Shown: positions 31,674 through 41,321, counted from the first letter of the stretch. The stretch: DNA of 64,000 nt from an uncultured Actinomycetes bacterium (GCA_963782465.1 CAWAJR010000002.1:165995-229994); one strand, 5' to 3'. The notes: generated by a model not told the origin, from the sequence alone. Numbers and translations are program-made.

Positions 31674-32464
31674 TGGCCCGCCGTCTCCTCCCCGACATCG
31701 TCTCGCTCACACCATCGAGCTACGAGTCGTTGCTGCGCTGCCCGCGGCTGTTCCTGCTCGGCAACCTGCTCGGCGTCCCCGCCAGCGATCCCGTCCCCAC
31801 TCCCGACCGCGGGCAGCTCGTGCACGAGCTGTTGCGGTTCGTGCACGAGCGGGGAAGTTGCCGCGACGAGGCGCACGTCGAGGAGATCCTGGCCGCCCAC
31901 GACGTCGCCGACGATCTGCATCGGACGATGTTCCGCCGCCACGCCCAACGGTGCCCGTCGAGCGTCGACACCGGCGCCCACGAAAAAGACATCGCACGCT
32001 TCCATCGTTTCCCGGCACCGATGTTCATGGCGAACGCCCGCATCGACGCCCTCTGGGTGCACGACGGCATCCTCGACGTCCGCGACTACAAGACCGGGAA
32101 ACGCTGGCACGACCGCGTCGCCGACGACCCGGCGGCGCAAGTGCAGGCGTTCGTGCTCGCGCCGCACGCGCACCGGCGCCGCCTTCGCCTCCAGTTGCGC
32201 TACGAGTACCTCGCGCCGGAGATCGACGACGATCCCGAACCGTTCGAACCCGACGACGACGACCTCGACGCGATCGCGACACGCCTTCACCACGCGGTCG
32301 AGACGATGTGGCAGCGCGACGATTGGAAGGGCTGCGGCGACGCTGCGGTGTGCCGGACGTGCCGGTACCGGTCCATCTGCACCGACAGTGCCGCCACCGG
32401 CGAACCCGATTGGGCGGTGCTCGCGCTCGACGCGGCTGGGAACGAGGCGGCCGACGATCGCTAG
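31674..32464 (+). CDS. PD-(D/E)XK nuclease superfamily protein with a Cas4/AddB-type Fe-S cysteine cluster
   Basis: LTPSSYESLLRCPRLF is followed by H in GQLVHELL, then IDALW...LDVRDYKTGK (D...DxK) and a C-terminal CRTCRYRSIC. The ATG follows the upstream TGA directly. Confidence 0.65.
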
Positions 32465-32474
32465 GGTCGAAAAC

Positions 32475-33980
32475 ATGTTCGACCCTCGTACCCCAGTCGT
32501 CGTCGGTGCCGGCCAATGCTCACAACGCGCCGATCCGGCCGCCGCCCGCCCGCCGATCGAGCTGTTCGAGGAGGCGGCGCGCATCGCCGGCGCCGACGCC
32601 GGTCATGGTCTGCTCGACCGGACCGACACGGTTGCCGCGGTACAGATCGTTTCGTGGCCGTACCCCGACGCAGGGGCGTACGTGGCGCGGCGCCTGGGCA
32701 TCGAACCGCGCGCGACCGTCGGCACCACCGTCGGCGGCAACAGCCCGCAACTCCTGGTGAACGAGATCGGTGCGCGGATCCTCGACGGCCGAGCCGACAT
32801 CGTGCTCATCGGCGGCGCGGAGTCGATGCACACACGCTGGCGTGCCCGGCGCGAACCGCGCACCCATCTCGACTGGGACGCCGGCGGCGACGAACCGTGC
32901 CGCGACGTGATCGGCACCGACCGGCCCGGCGTCAACGACTACGAGATCGCCCACGGCGCGGTCGCGCCGACGAGTATCTACCCGTTGTTCGAAACGGCGT
33001 TGCGGGCCGCGAACGGTCGCGACATCGAGACGCACCAGCGCGTCGTGAGCGAACTGTGGTCGACGTTCGCAGCGGTCGCGGCCGCCAACCCCAATGCATG
33101 GTCGCGCACTGCGTATACCCCCGAACAGATCCGTACCGTCACACCGGATAACCGGATGGTCGTGTTCCCGTACCCGAAGTTGATGTGCTCCAACATCGAC
33201 GTCGACCAGGGCGCCGCCCTGCTGTGCTGTTCCTACGAGACGGCGCACGCGGCGGGCGTCCCCGACGACCGGCTCGTGTTCCTGCACGCCGGGTCCGACG
33301 GTCACGAACACTGGTTCATCACCGAACGGCAGTCGCTCTCCGACTCCCCCGGCCTGGGCATCGTCGTACGTGACGCGCTCGACGCGGCGAACGTCGGCAT
33401 CGACGACATCGCACGGTTCGACTTCTACTCGTGCTTCCCGTCCGCGGTGCAATTCGCCGCGCGCGCGTGCGACCTGAAAGCGCCGAGCGAGGGCGGCGAT
33501 CGCGACCTCACGGTGACGGGAGGGCTCGGGTTCGCCGGCGGCCCGGTGAACAACTACCCGACGCATGCGATCGCGACAATGGTCGAACTGTTGCGGGCCG
33601 ACCCGGGCTCGTACGCGCTCACCACGGCCCTCGGCTGGTACTCGACGAAACACGCCGCGGGCATCTGGTCGACCGCGCCGCCGGCGGAGCGGTTCGTGCG
33701 CGTCGCGGTCGACGACACTCAGGCGCGCATCGACGCGCTCCCCCGCCGCGAGCCGGCTGGTCTCCTCGAGGGGACGATCACCGTCGAAGCGACGGCAGTC
33801 GCCTTCGAGCGCGACGGCACCCCTTCGGGGGGCATCGTCGCCGGGCTGGCCGCCGATGGCCGGCGGGCGCTCGCCACCACGAGCGACGTCGACGTACTGA
33901 CCGCGATGACCCGTGACGCCTGGGAAGGGCGCACGGTACGGGTCGCGAGCGACGGCACCAAGAACCTGCTCCACGCCTGA
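32475..33980 (+). CDS. Thiolase-like (acetyl-CoA acetyltransferase family) protein with an extra C-terminal domain
   Basis: About 500 aa with GGAESM, FYSCFP and GGLGFAGGPVNNY segments typical of thiolase-fold enzymes. ATG at 32475. Confidence 0.6.
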   Translation: MFDPRTPVVVGAGQCSQRADPAAARPPIELFEEAARIAGADAGHGLLDRTDTVAAVQIVSWPYPDAGAYVARRLGIEPRATVGTTVGGNSPQLLVNEIGARILDGRADIVLIGGAESMHTRWRARREPRTHLDWDAGGDEPCRDVIGTDRPGVNDYEIAHGAVAPTSIYPLFETALRAANGRDIETHQRVVSELWSTFAAVAAANPNAWSRTAYTPEQIRTVTPDNRMVVFPYPKLMCSNIDVDQGAALLCCSYETAHAAGVPDDRLVFLHAGSDGHEHWFITERQSLSDSPGLGIVVRDALDAANVGIDDIARFDFYSCFPSAVQFAARACDLKAPSEGGDRDLTVTGGLGFAGGPVNNYPTHAIATMVELLRADPGSYALTTALGWYSTKHAAGIWSTAPPAERFVRVAVDDTQARIDALPRREPAGLLEGTITVEATAVAFERDGTPSGGIVAGLAADGRRALATTSDVDVLTAMTRDAWEGRTVRVASDGTKNLLHA

Positions 33981-34015
33981 AGTTTTCCGGGCTCCCCTGG
34001 CTACCCTTCCCTACC

Positions 34016-34426
34016 GTGGCGAGCGAAGCAGGCCCGAAATCGGGGACGATGCTGGCGCGCGGGCTCACGCGCCGCTGCGCCCGTTGCGGGAGCGGTCATC
34101 TCTTCAAGCACTGGGTATCGATGGTGCCCGACTGCCCGCGCTGCGGGCTGCACTTCGAACGTGAAGCCGGCTACTGGGCCGGTGCGCTCGCCGTGAACCT
34201 CATCATCGTCGGCGGCATCTTCGCGATCACGTTCGTCGTCGCGCTCGCGCTGACGATCCCGAACATCCCGGTCGCGCCACTGCTCGCCGTGTTCGTCCCG
34301 TTGATGGTGCTCGGCCCGATCATCTGCTACCCGTTCTCGAAGACGTTGTGGGTCGCGATCGACCGCGGCTTCCTGCAGCGGCTCGACGTGAACGAGCAGC
34401 GCGACGAGCAACTCCGCCGTTACTGA
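34016..34426 (+). CDS. DUF983-like zinc-ribbon membrane protein
   Basis: CARCGSGHLF...CPRCG is followed by two TM helices. Confidence 0.6.
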   Translation: MASEAGPKSGTMLARGLTRRCARCGSGHLFKHWVSMVPDCPRCGLHFEREAGYWAGALAVNLIIVGGIFAITFVVALALTIPNIPVAPLLAVFVPLMVLGPIICYPFSKTLWVAIDRGFLQRLDVNEQRDEQLRRY

Positions 34427-34447
34427 GCCGACAAGACCCCGGCGGGG

Positions 34448-34663
34448 TCAGCCGTTGAGATCGATGCGGAGTACGAGCACACCGTCTTCGAATCCCCAGG
34501 TCGCGTCGGCCACGATCGCAAAGTCCTGGAAGTCGAGTTGGGCCTGCTTGACGAAGCGTTCCCGATCGGCGCCCGCGACGGGTGGGAGCGGGCGCGCCCG
34601 GACCGCCTCGGCTCGTTCCCGGAACCGGGCGAGCATCGCGTCGACGTCGAGTTCGTCAGCCAT
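34448..34663 (-). CDS. Hypothetical 71-aa protein downstream of prmC
   Basis: MADELDVDAMLARFRERAEAV...WGFEDGVLVLRIDLNG starts 11 nt after the prmC stop and has good GC3 bias. Confidence 0.45.
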   Translation of the reverse strand: MADELDVDAMLARFRERAEAVRARPLPPVAGADRERFVKQAQLDFQDFAIVADATWGFEDGVLVLRIDLNG

Positions 34664-34674
34664 CGCGACGGACG

Positions 34675-35598
34675 CTAGCGGTCGAGACGGCGGGCGACGA
34701 GAACGCGCGGGCGGCCCGTCAGGTCCGGGTGCACGTCGACCGACGGGAACCCGCCGCGCGCCATGCTCGCGACCGTCTCCGCCTGGTGCGGTGCGATCTC
34801 GCACACGAGCACGCCGGCGGGCGACAACCACTGCGGCGCGTTCGCGATGAGGTGCTCCTGCGCCTCGGTCCCCGCCGGTCCCGACACCAGCGCGCCGTGC
34901 GGTTCGTAGCGGGCGACCTCGTCGGGCAGTGTCGCGTACTCCGCGTCGGTGACGTAGGGCGGGTTCGACACGATCAGGTCGATCCTCCCCCGCAACGACA
35001 CCGGGAGCGCGTCGAACCACGAACCGGCTGCGAGACGCACCCGCGCCGCCCCGCAGCCCGCCAGGTTGGCGCGCGCGACGGCGAGCGCGTCCTCGCTCCG
35101 GTCGGTTGCCCACACTTCGACTTCGGGAAGTTCGGCTTCGAGCGCGAGCGCGATGGCGCCCGAGCCGGTGCCGAGGTCGGCGACGACGCCCCGCGACGGT
35201 GCCGGGATCACCGGGCGCGGCCCGCGCCGGTAACCGAGACGCGACGCCTCCTGCAGCGCCACCTCGACGACGATCTCGGTTTCGGGACGCGGGATCAGCA
35301 CCCGCTCGTCGACCATGAGGTCGAGCCCGCGAAACGACCAGGCGCCGAGCACGTACTGCAGCGGCTCCCCCACGACCCGGCGATCGCACATCGCGTCGAG
35401 ACGCAGTCGCGCCCGATCGTTCGGTACCGCCGCCTGCACGTCGAGCCATTCGGCCCCTGAGTAACCCGACGCCTGCTCGGTGATCCAGCGCGCTTCGACG
35501 TCGGCGGTTTCGATGCCGGCACTCGCGAGCCGGCGCGCGATCTCGGCGCGCGCCGCGCGCCACGTCGCGGCGCCGCCTGCTTCGTCGCCCACGGCCAC
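34675..35598 (-). CDS. prmC: Release-factor glutamine N5-methyltransferase
   Basis: DLGTGSGAIA and the IVSNPPYV (NPPY) motifs are present, and the gene lies directly downstream of prfA. Confidence 0.92.
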   Translation of the reverse strand: MAVGDEAGGAATWRAARAEIARRLASAGIETADVEARWITEQASGYSGAEWLDVQAAVPNDRARLRLDAMCDRRVVGEPLQYVLGAWSFRGLDLMVDERVLIPRPETEIVVEVALQEASRLGYRRGPRPVIPAPSRGVVADLGTGSGAIALALEAELPEVEVWATDRSEDALAVARANLAGCGAARVRLAAGSWFDALPVSLRGRIDLIVSNPPYVTDAEYATLPDEVARYEPHGALVSGPAGTEAQEHLIANAPQWLSPAGVLVCEIAPHQAETVASMARGGFPSVDVHPDLTGRPRVLVARRLDR

Positions 35599-35609
35599 GC
35601 GCGAGCCGG

Positions 35610-36674
35610 CTACTGGCCGCCGAGCTGGCGGCTGCGTTCGTCGGCGGCGAGACCGTCGACGACGTCGTCGAGATCACCGGCCAGCACCCGGTCGAGCGCG
35701 TGGAGCGTGAGCCCGATGCGATGGTCGGTGACCCGGTTCTCCTTGAAGTTGTAGGTGCGGATCTTCTCCGAGCGGCCACCGCCCTTCACCTGTTCGCGGC
35801 GGGCCGACGCGGTTTCGGCATGCTGGCGGTCCTGCTCGATCTGCATGAGCCGGGCCCGCAGGATCCGCAGTGCCTTGTCCTTGTTCTGCAACTGGCTCTT
35901 CTCGTCCTGGCAGCTCACCACCAGGCCGCTCGGTTTGTGCTTGATCCGCACGGCGGAGTCGGTCGTGTTCACCGACTGGCCGCCCGGGCCGGTTGCGCGG
36001 AACACATCGACTTCGAGATCGTTCGGGTCGATGTCGATGTCGATCTCGTCGGCCTCGGGGAGCACCGCAACGGTCGCGGCGCTCGTGTGCACGCGGCCCT
36101 GGCTCTCCGTTTCGGGGACCCGCTGCACGCGGTGCGGGCCACCTTCGTATTTGAACCGCGACCACGCGGTCGGGCCCTTTACGAGGAACGTCACGTCGCG
36201 GTAGCCGCCGTGCTCCGACGGCTGGCTGGAGAGCACCTCGGTGCGAAGCCCCTTCGCCTCCGCGTAGCGCTGGTACATGCGGAACAGGTCGCCCGCCCAG
36301 AGGTTCGCTTCCTCACCGCCCTCGGCACCCTGGATCTCCACGATCACGTTCCGACCCTCGTTCGGGTCGGTGGGCAGCAGCAGTTGCTTGATCTCGGCTT
36401 CGAGGCCGCCGACAAGCGTCTCTTTCTCGGCGATCTCACCCTTCAAGTAGTCGCGCATGTCGGCGTCGGCTTCGCCGTCGAGCAACTCCCGCGCCTCGGC
36501 GAGCTCGGCATTCGCTTTCTGCCAGCCGCGGTAGGCGTCGACCACTGGCTTCAGTTCGGCGTGCCGGCGCCCGGCGACCCGCGACGCGGCACGATCCCCC
36601 GACGCGTAGATGCCGGGGAGCTCCGATTCGAGCCGGTCGAGCTCGTGTTCGAGTTCGTGGAGTTGTTCGAACAT
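35610..36674 (-). CDS. prfA: Peptide chain release factor 1
   Basis: The GGQ motif is in ATGPGGQSVNTTDSAVRI, and RVQRVPETESQGRVHTS is present. ATG at 36674. Confidence 0.96.
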   Translation of the reverse strand: MFEQLHELEHELDRLESELPGIYASGDRAASRVAGRRHAELKPVVDAYRGWQKANAELAEARELLDGEADADMRDYLKGEIAEKETLVGGLEAEIKQLLLPTDPNEGRNVIVEIQGAEGGEEANLWAGDLFRMYQRYAEAKGLRTEVLSSQPSEHGGYRDVTFLVKGPTAWSRFKYEGGPHRVQRVPETESQGRVHTSAATVAVLPEADEIDIDIDPNDLEVDVFRATGPGGQSVNTTDSAVRIKHKPSGLVVSCQDEKSQLQNKDKALRILRARLMQIEQDRQHAETASARREQVKGGGRSEKIRTYNFKENRVTDHRIGLTLHALDRVLAGDLDDVVDGLAADERSRQLGGQ

Positions 36675-36784
36675 CTTGATGCTCAGGGTAACGGTGCACG
36701 CTCGGCGCCCGACGCTCAAGCAACGGGCAGGACCGGTCGATAACGGGCACAAGGCGGGCTGGGCCAGGAGCCAAGGATGGCGAC

Positions 36785-37192
36785 ATGGAGCTCAGCGTGA
36801 GCGGGGTTGGGCCGTCCATCGCGGCGACGCAGCGGCGACCCGATACCGGCCAGGGACAGGAACGGGCGCGAGCAGCACCTGAAGAGAAGGCGGAACCCGT
36901 CTCGAACACCGTCGTCGTGTCTTGGTTCGACCGCAACGGCGACGGCAGGATCGACGGTACCGATTGGCTCGCCGGCGGCGACGCGTTCCTTACCGTGGGG
37001 AAGGATGTCGCGCCGGTGCTGCAACATGGCCGGTCGCAGGACGCCGGGCCCGCGGGACCGCCGCCGTCGCGCGGCCCCGTGACGGGATCGAGGCCGGCTG
37101 CCTCGGCCGCGGCTGCCGCGTACCAGCACTACGGAGCCGCGGCGGGTTCGTCGTCGGGAACCGGCGGCGTGCCGAACGGAGGGGCGCGCTGA
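36785..37192 (+). CDS. Hypothetical small protein with one EF-hand-like Ca-binding loop
   Basis: The DRNGDGRIDGTD loop matches DxNxDGxIDxxD. The C-terminus is low-complexity Pro/Ala/Gly. Coding status is uncertain. Confidence 0.35.
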   Translation: MELSVSGVGPSIAATQRRPDTGQGQERARAAPEEKAEPVSNTVVVSWFDRNGDGRIDGTDWLAGGDAFLTVGKDVAPVLQHGRSQDAGPAGPPPSRGPVTGSRPAASAAAAAYQHYGAAAGSSSGTGGVPNGGAR

Positions 37193-37222
37193 TGCGGCGA
37201 AGTGGCGAGGAAGTGGAGTGAG

Positions 37223-38608
37223 TTAACGGCCGCCGAGCAACCCGTCGAGCGGGCTCGGTCCCAACGCCGACTGCTCGGCGACGTCGTCGAGCATCCGATG
37301 GAAGTCGTCGTTGCCGAACCGGTCGGCGAGCGCGCGTGGATCGCGGGGAACGAGTAGTCGTCGGCCGGTAGGGGCGGGTGGTCTTCGGCCGGCTTGCGAG
37401 CCATCGCGGCCTCGATCACCGGTTCGAGGCGCTGGGCCTTGTCGTGCTGCAACTTCTCGTCACGTTCTTTGAACTCCGGCAGCACCTCACGGCCGAACAG
37501 CTCGAGCGACTCCATGATGTGCTCGTGGCGGTTCTTGCCCGCCTGGAAGCAGAAGATGACCTGGTCGACACCGGCCGCTTCGTAGCGTTCGAGATAGGCA
37601 CGGACTTGTTCCGGCGTGCCGATGGAACCCCGCAACCCCGAAGCCCCCGGTTCGGCCGGCGCCCGACTCGACGATCTTGGCGCCGAGCCGGTCGCCGTTC
37701 TGGGCCGCGGCCTGCACCGCTTCGGGCGAGAACCCGTGCTCGGAACGCCGTTGCTGGAACTCGGCCCACACGTCGGTCGCACCCGGCGCGTGGCGGCCGA
37801 ACACGTAGTAGTGCGCGAGCGAATAGCCGAAGAAGTTCGCCCCTTCGAGCCCGCGTTCGAGCGCGACCGCTTCGTCGGGATGGCACATGAACGTCGTGAC
37901 GCACGCGAGGTTCGGGTTGACCGCGTCGCCGATCGGGACCCCCTCGGCGGCCAGCGTCGTGTAGTAGTCGTCGACCCAGTGGCGGGCATCTTCGGGATCG
38001 ATGAACGCGAACGACAGTGCACCGATCCCCTTCTGCGCCGCGAGGTGGATCGTGTCGCGCCGGCTGCACGCGACCCACAACGGGGGGTGCGGCTTCTGGC
38101 GCGGCTTCGGCACGACGTTGCGCGGGGGCATCGTGACGTAGTCGCCGGAGTGGCCCGTGAACGGCGCTTCGGTGAGGCAACGGATCGCGACCCGTAGCCC
38201 CTCCTCCCACATCGCGCGCTTGTGCTCGGGGTTCACCATGAACCCACCCAACTCTGCTTCCGAAGACGACTCGCCGCTGCCGAAGTCGACCCGGCCGTTC
38301 GACAGGAGGTCGAGGGTCGCAATGCGCTCTGCGATACGCGCCGGATGGTTGAACGCGGGCGGTGTCTGCACGATGCCGTGGCCGAGACGGATGTTCTTCG
38401 TGCGCTGCGACGCGGCCGCGAGGAACACCTCGGGCGCGCTCGAGTGGCTGTACTCCTCGAGGAAGTGGTGCTCGACTTCCCACACGTGGTCGATGCCGAG
38501 CGCGTCGGCGAACTCGATCTGGTCGAGCGCCTGCTGCATGATCTCGAACTCGGAGTCGACCGTCCACGGGCGCGGGAGCTGGTGCTCGTAGAAGATGCCG
38601 AACTTCAT
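37223..38608 (-). CDS. Luciferase-like (LLM class) flavin/F420-dependent oxidoreductase; two compensating indels (about 37668 and 37338) in this sequence
   Basis: The N-terminus MKFGIFYEHQLPRPW...VWEVEHHF, the middle ...GSIGTPEQVRAYLERYEAAGVDQVIFCFQ... and the C-terminus ...PRALADRFGNDDFHRML... lie in frames 2, 1 and 2. The ATG overlaps the upstream stop (ATGA). Confidence 0.75.
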
Positions 38609-39681
38609 CGAACCGGCTCCCGGTCGAACGGCGGCCGGACCGTGCCGCACGCGTGGAACCCTTCGAGGATCTCGTCGCGCCGGGCGTTGCCTTCGAGTGC
38701 GAACTCGACTTCCCGCAACGTCGTCTGCTGCAGCGCGCGGCGGCGCGGGCCGAGCGAGTCGGCGAGGAGCGTGTCCCACAGCGTGCCGATCACGTAGGTA
38801 CCGGCGATCTTCTCGCCGGAGGTACCCGCGAAGGTGCGATCGCGCATCTCGGTGAGGGCGGTGCGCAGGTAGTCGACGTGCGGCGTCTCGTCGGCACGGA
38901 TGCACCCGACGAGTGCAGCCGCTCCGCCGTCGCCGGCAACGAGGTCGTCGTCGGAGAGCACCGCCTCGGCCCACGCGAAGGTGTGGAACGCGGAAATCTC
39001 GATGAACAGCAACGAGATCATGCGGCGGAGCATCATCTCGAGCCCGAAGTCGAGGTTCGCGATCAGCGGTGCGATCTCCGGCGGGGTGGACGCCTGCGCG
39101 CTCCCCGGTCGGGGGATCGACATGCGGTCGAGCATCCGTTCGGTTTCGTCTTCGGTGACCGGGTGTTCGAACGCGATGTCGCGCGCCGCGAACCACATCT
39201 GTTTGTGGCCGGCGGCATCACCGTGACCGGCTTCGTCGCGCGCCTGCGCTTCGAACAAGCCGCGTTGCAGGTGCTGCACGCACGTGCCGTCGATGCTGTC
39301 GGCGAAATGTTGCTGCAGATCACCGACACCGACGTGGCGGATCATCGCGCCGAAGCCTTCGACGGTCCCGACGCGTGTGAGCGTCGTGATGATCGGGTCG
39401 CGCACGCCTTCTCGCAGCAGGTACTTCGCCTGCGCGACGTTCGGGTACGGCCCCGGCCACAGTGCGATCGGCGGGTCGATGATCTCGGTACCGAACTGCT
39501 CGCGGTGCGACTGTTGCCACGCCTTGGTCGCCGGCACCCGGAACTTCGTGCGCGGCGGCACGTAGGTGCCGCCGGCGTCGAAGCCTCCGTGGCAGCGCAC
39601 GCCGCCCGCGACGAGCGGCTCGGCGATGTCGCCGTCGGCCAGGAGTTCGTCTTCGCGGTAGTGCAGTTGCAGGTTGCTCAT
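38605..39681 (-). CDS. Uncharacterised protein with an E...ExxH...E...ExxH pattern (putative ferritin-like di-iron oxygenase)
   Basis: 358 aa from the ATG at 39681. Candidate ligands are TVEGFG, RDEAGH, FIEISAFH and ADETPH, spaced as in four-helix-bundle di-iron proteins. I do not recognise a family. Confidence 0.55.
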   Translation of the reverse strand: MSNLQLHYREDELLADGDIAEPLVAGGVRCHGGFDAGGTYVPPRTKFRVPATKAWQQSHREQFGTEIIDPPIALWPGPYPNVAQAKYLLREGVRDPIITTLTRVGTVEGFGAMIRHVGVGDLQQHFADSIDGTCVQHLQRGLFEAQARDEAGHGDAAGHKQMWFAARDIAFEHPVTEDETERMLDRMSIPRPGSAQASTPPEIAPLIANLDFGLEMMLRRMISLLFIEISAFHTFAWAEAVLSDDDLVAGDGGAAALVGCIRADETPHVDYLRTALTEMRDRTFAGTSGEKIAGTYVIGTLWDTLLADSLGPRRRALQQTTLREVEFALEGNARRDEILEGFHACGTVRPPFDREPVR

Positions 39682-39711
39682 CGCGGACTCCAGTACGGGT
39701 CTCCGAGCGGG

Positions 39712-39739
39712 ATACCGGCAAGTGTATACTCGCCGGTAT
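39712..39739. promoter_or_regulatory. 28-bp near-perfect palindrome in the divergent TetR / di-iron gene spacer; candidate TetR operator
   Basis: ATACCGGCAAGTGT|ATACTCGCCGGTAT is symmetric at 12 of 14 positions. It overlaps a TATACT -10-like hexamer and ends 5 nt before the tetR ATG. Confidence 0.55.
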
Positions 39740-39743
39740 ACCC

Positions 39744-40409
39744 ATGCCAGGCCGATCCACCGCCCCGTCGACACCGCCCGCACCGGCCACCGCCGCGGCG
39801 GTGGCCGCCGGCCCCGTCCGGCAACTGCCCCGACGGGCCCGCCGCGAAGCCATCCTCGGTGCCGCCGCCGTCGCCTTCGGCCGGGCCGGGTACGCGGCGA
39901 CCTCGATGGAAGACATCGCCGCCGAGTCGGGCGTGACGAAGCTCATCGTCTACCGGCACTTCGACTCGAAAGAGGCCCTCTACCGGTCGGTGCTCGAGCA
40001 GGTCTTCACCCGGCAGGCCGAGCTCTTCGTGCACAACATCGCCCAAGGGCTGCAAGCCGCAGGCGCGACCCGCGCCCTCCTCTCGGTCGCTCGCGAACTC
40101 CCCGACGGCTTCCGGCTGCTCTGGCGCCACGCGGCCCGCGAACCCCAGTTCGCCGACTACGCCCACGATCTCCGCGACATCGCGGTCAGCGCGGCCCGTG
40201 AGGTGGTGTCGGCCGTCGTCGCCGGACCGGTGGCCGAATGGGCGGCGCAGACGCTGTTCGACCAGCTGGTCGACGCCGTCCTCAACTGGCTCGACTACGG
40301 CGAGCCTGCGTCCGACGAGCAATTCATCGTCTTCGAGTCGGCGGCCACCCAGGCGATGGTCGTTGCCTGGCGGGCTCAGGCCGGTTCGGCTCGCACCACG
40401 CGGGGCTGA
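39744..40409 (+). CDS. TetR/AcrR family transcriptional regulator
   Basis: The HTH region is AILGAAAVAFGRAGYAATSMEDIAAESGVTKLIVYRHFDSKEALY. Confidence 0.88.
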   Translation: MPGRSTAPSTPPAPATAAAVAAGPVRQLPRRARREAILGAAAVAFGRAGYAATSMEDIAAESGVTKLIVYRHFDSKEALYRSVLEQVFTRQAELFVHNIAQGLQAAGATRALLSVARELPDGFRLLWRHAAREPQFADYAHDLRDIAVSAAREVVSAVVAGPVAEWAAQTLFDQLVDAVLNWLDYGEPASDEQFIVFESAATQAMVVAWRAQAGSARTTRG

Positions 40410-41321
40410 CGCCTCCCGTTCGCGACCGGTACCGGCGGGCGGGCTTCCACCTCGGCGAGTTCCTCGGCCGAGAGCACCGCCTTGAGCGACGCGATCGCCA
40501 CTTCGAGTTGGTCGAGCGAAGGTTCGCGGGTGGTGAGGCGCTGTAACCACAGACCGGGCTGCATCAACAGCCGCACCCACGCGCGGTGCATGTTGCGGGC
40601 CGCGACCCTGATCACCTCGTAACTCAGCCCGGCGATGACCGGGATCAGCACGACCCGCGACGCGACGATCCCGACGACGCTGCGCGTCGGCACCAACGTA
40701 TAGACCGCGATCGCGACGACCATCACCGTCAGCAGGAAGTTCGTACCGCACCGCACGTGCGCGGTGGTGAACCGCTGTGCCGATTCCGGCGTGAGCTCGA
40801 CACCGTTCTCGTAGGCGGCGATCGCTTTGTGTTCCGCGCCGTGGTACTCGAACGTTCGGCGCACGTCGGGCACGAGCGAGATTGCGAGAAGGTACCCGAC
40901 GAACAACACGAGCCGCAGCACGCCTTCGGCGAGATGCGAAGGGAGGAACGAGATCGAATCGGCGACGTTACGGCCGGCCACCGCGGGAAGCACCAGGAAC
41001 AGCGCGCTCGAAGAACACGACCGCGACGACGACCGTCCACCCGAGCGTTCGCTCCGACACCTGCTGCTCTTCGGGGACTTGCTGGTTCGCCGACCAGGTG
41101 AGCGCGCGGTAACCGAGCGCCATCGACTCGCCGAGCGTCGTGAGCCCCCGCACCAGCGGGATGTCGCGGTAGCGCTCCGACCACCGCGGGACGTCGTTGA
41201 CGGCGAGGGCGATCTCGCCGTCGTCGGTGCGAGCCGCGACCGCCCAGGTGGTCGCGCCGCGCATCATGACGCCTTCGAGTACCGCCTGCCCGCCGAAATA
41301 ACGCGGTTCCGACTTCGCCAT
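40376..41321 (-). CDS. DUF1385-family membrane protein; frame broken by an indel near 41005 in this sequence
   Basis: ORF 40968..41321 (MAKSEPRYFGGQAVLEGVMMRG...) and ORF 40376..40993 (...EYHGAEHKAIAAYE...) are the two halves of one DUF1385-type protein. Confidence 0.7.
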
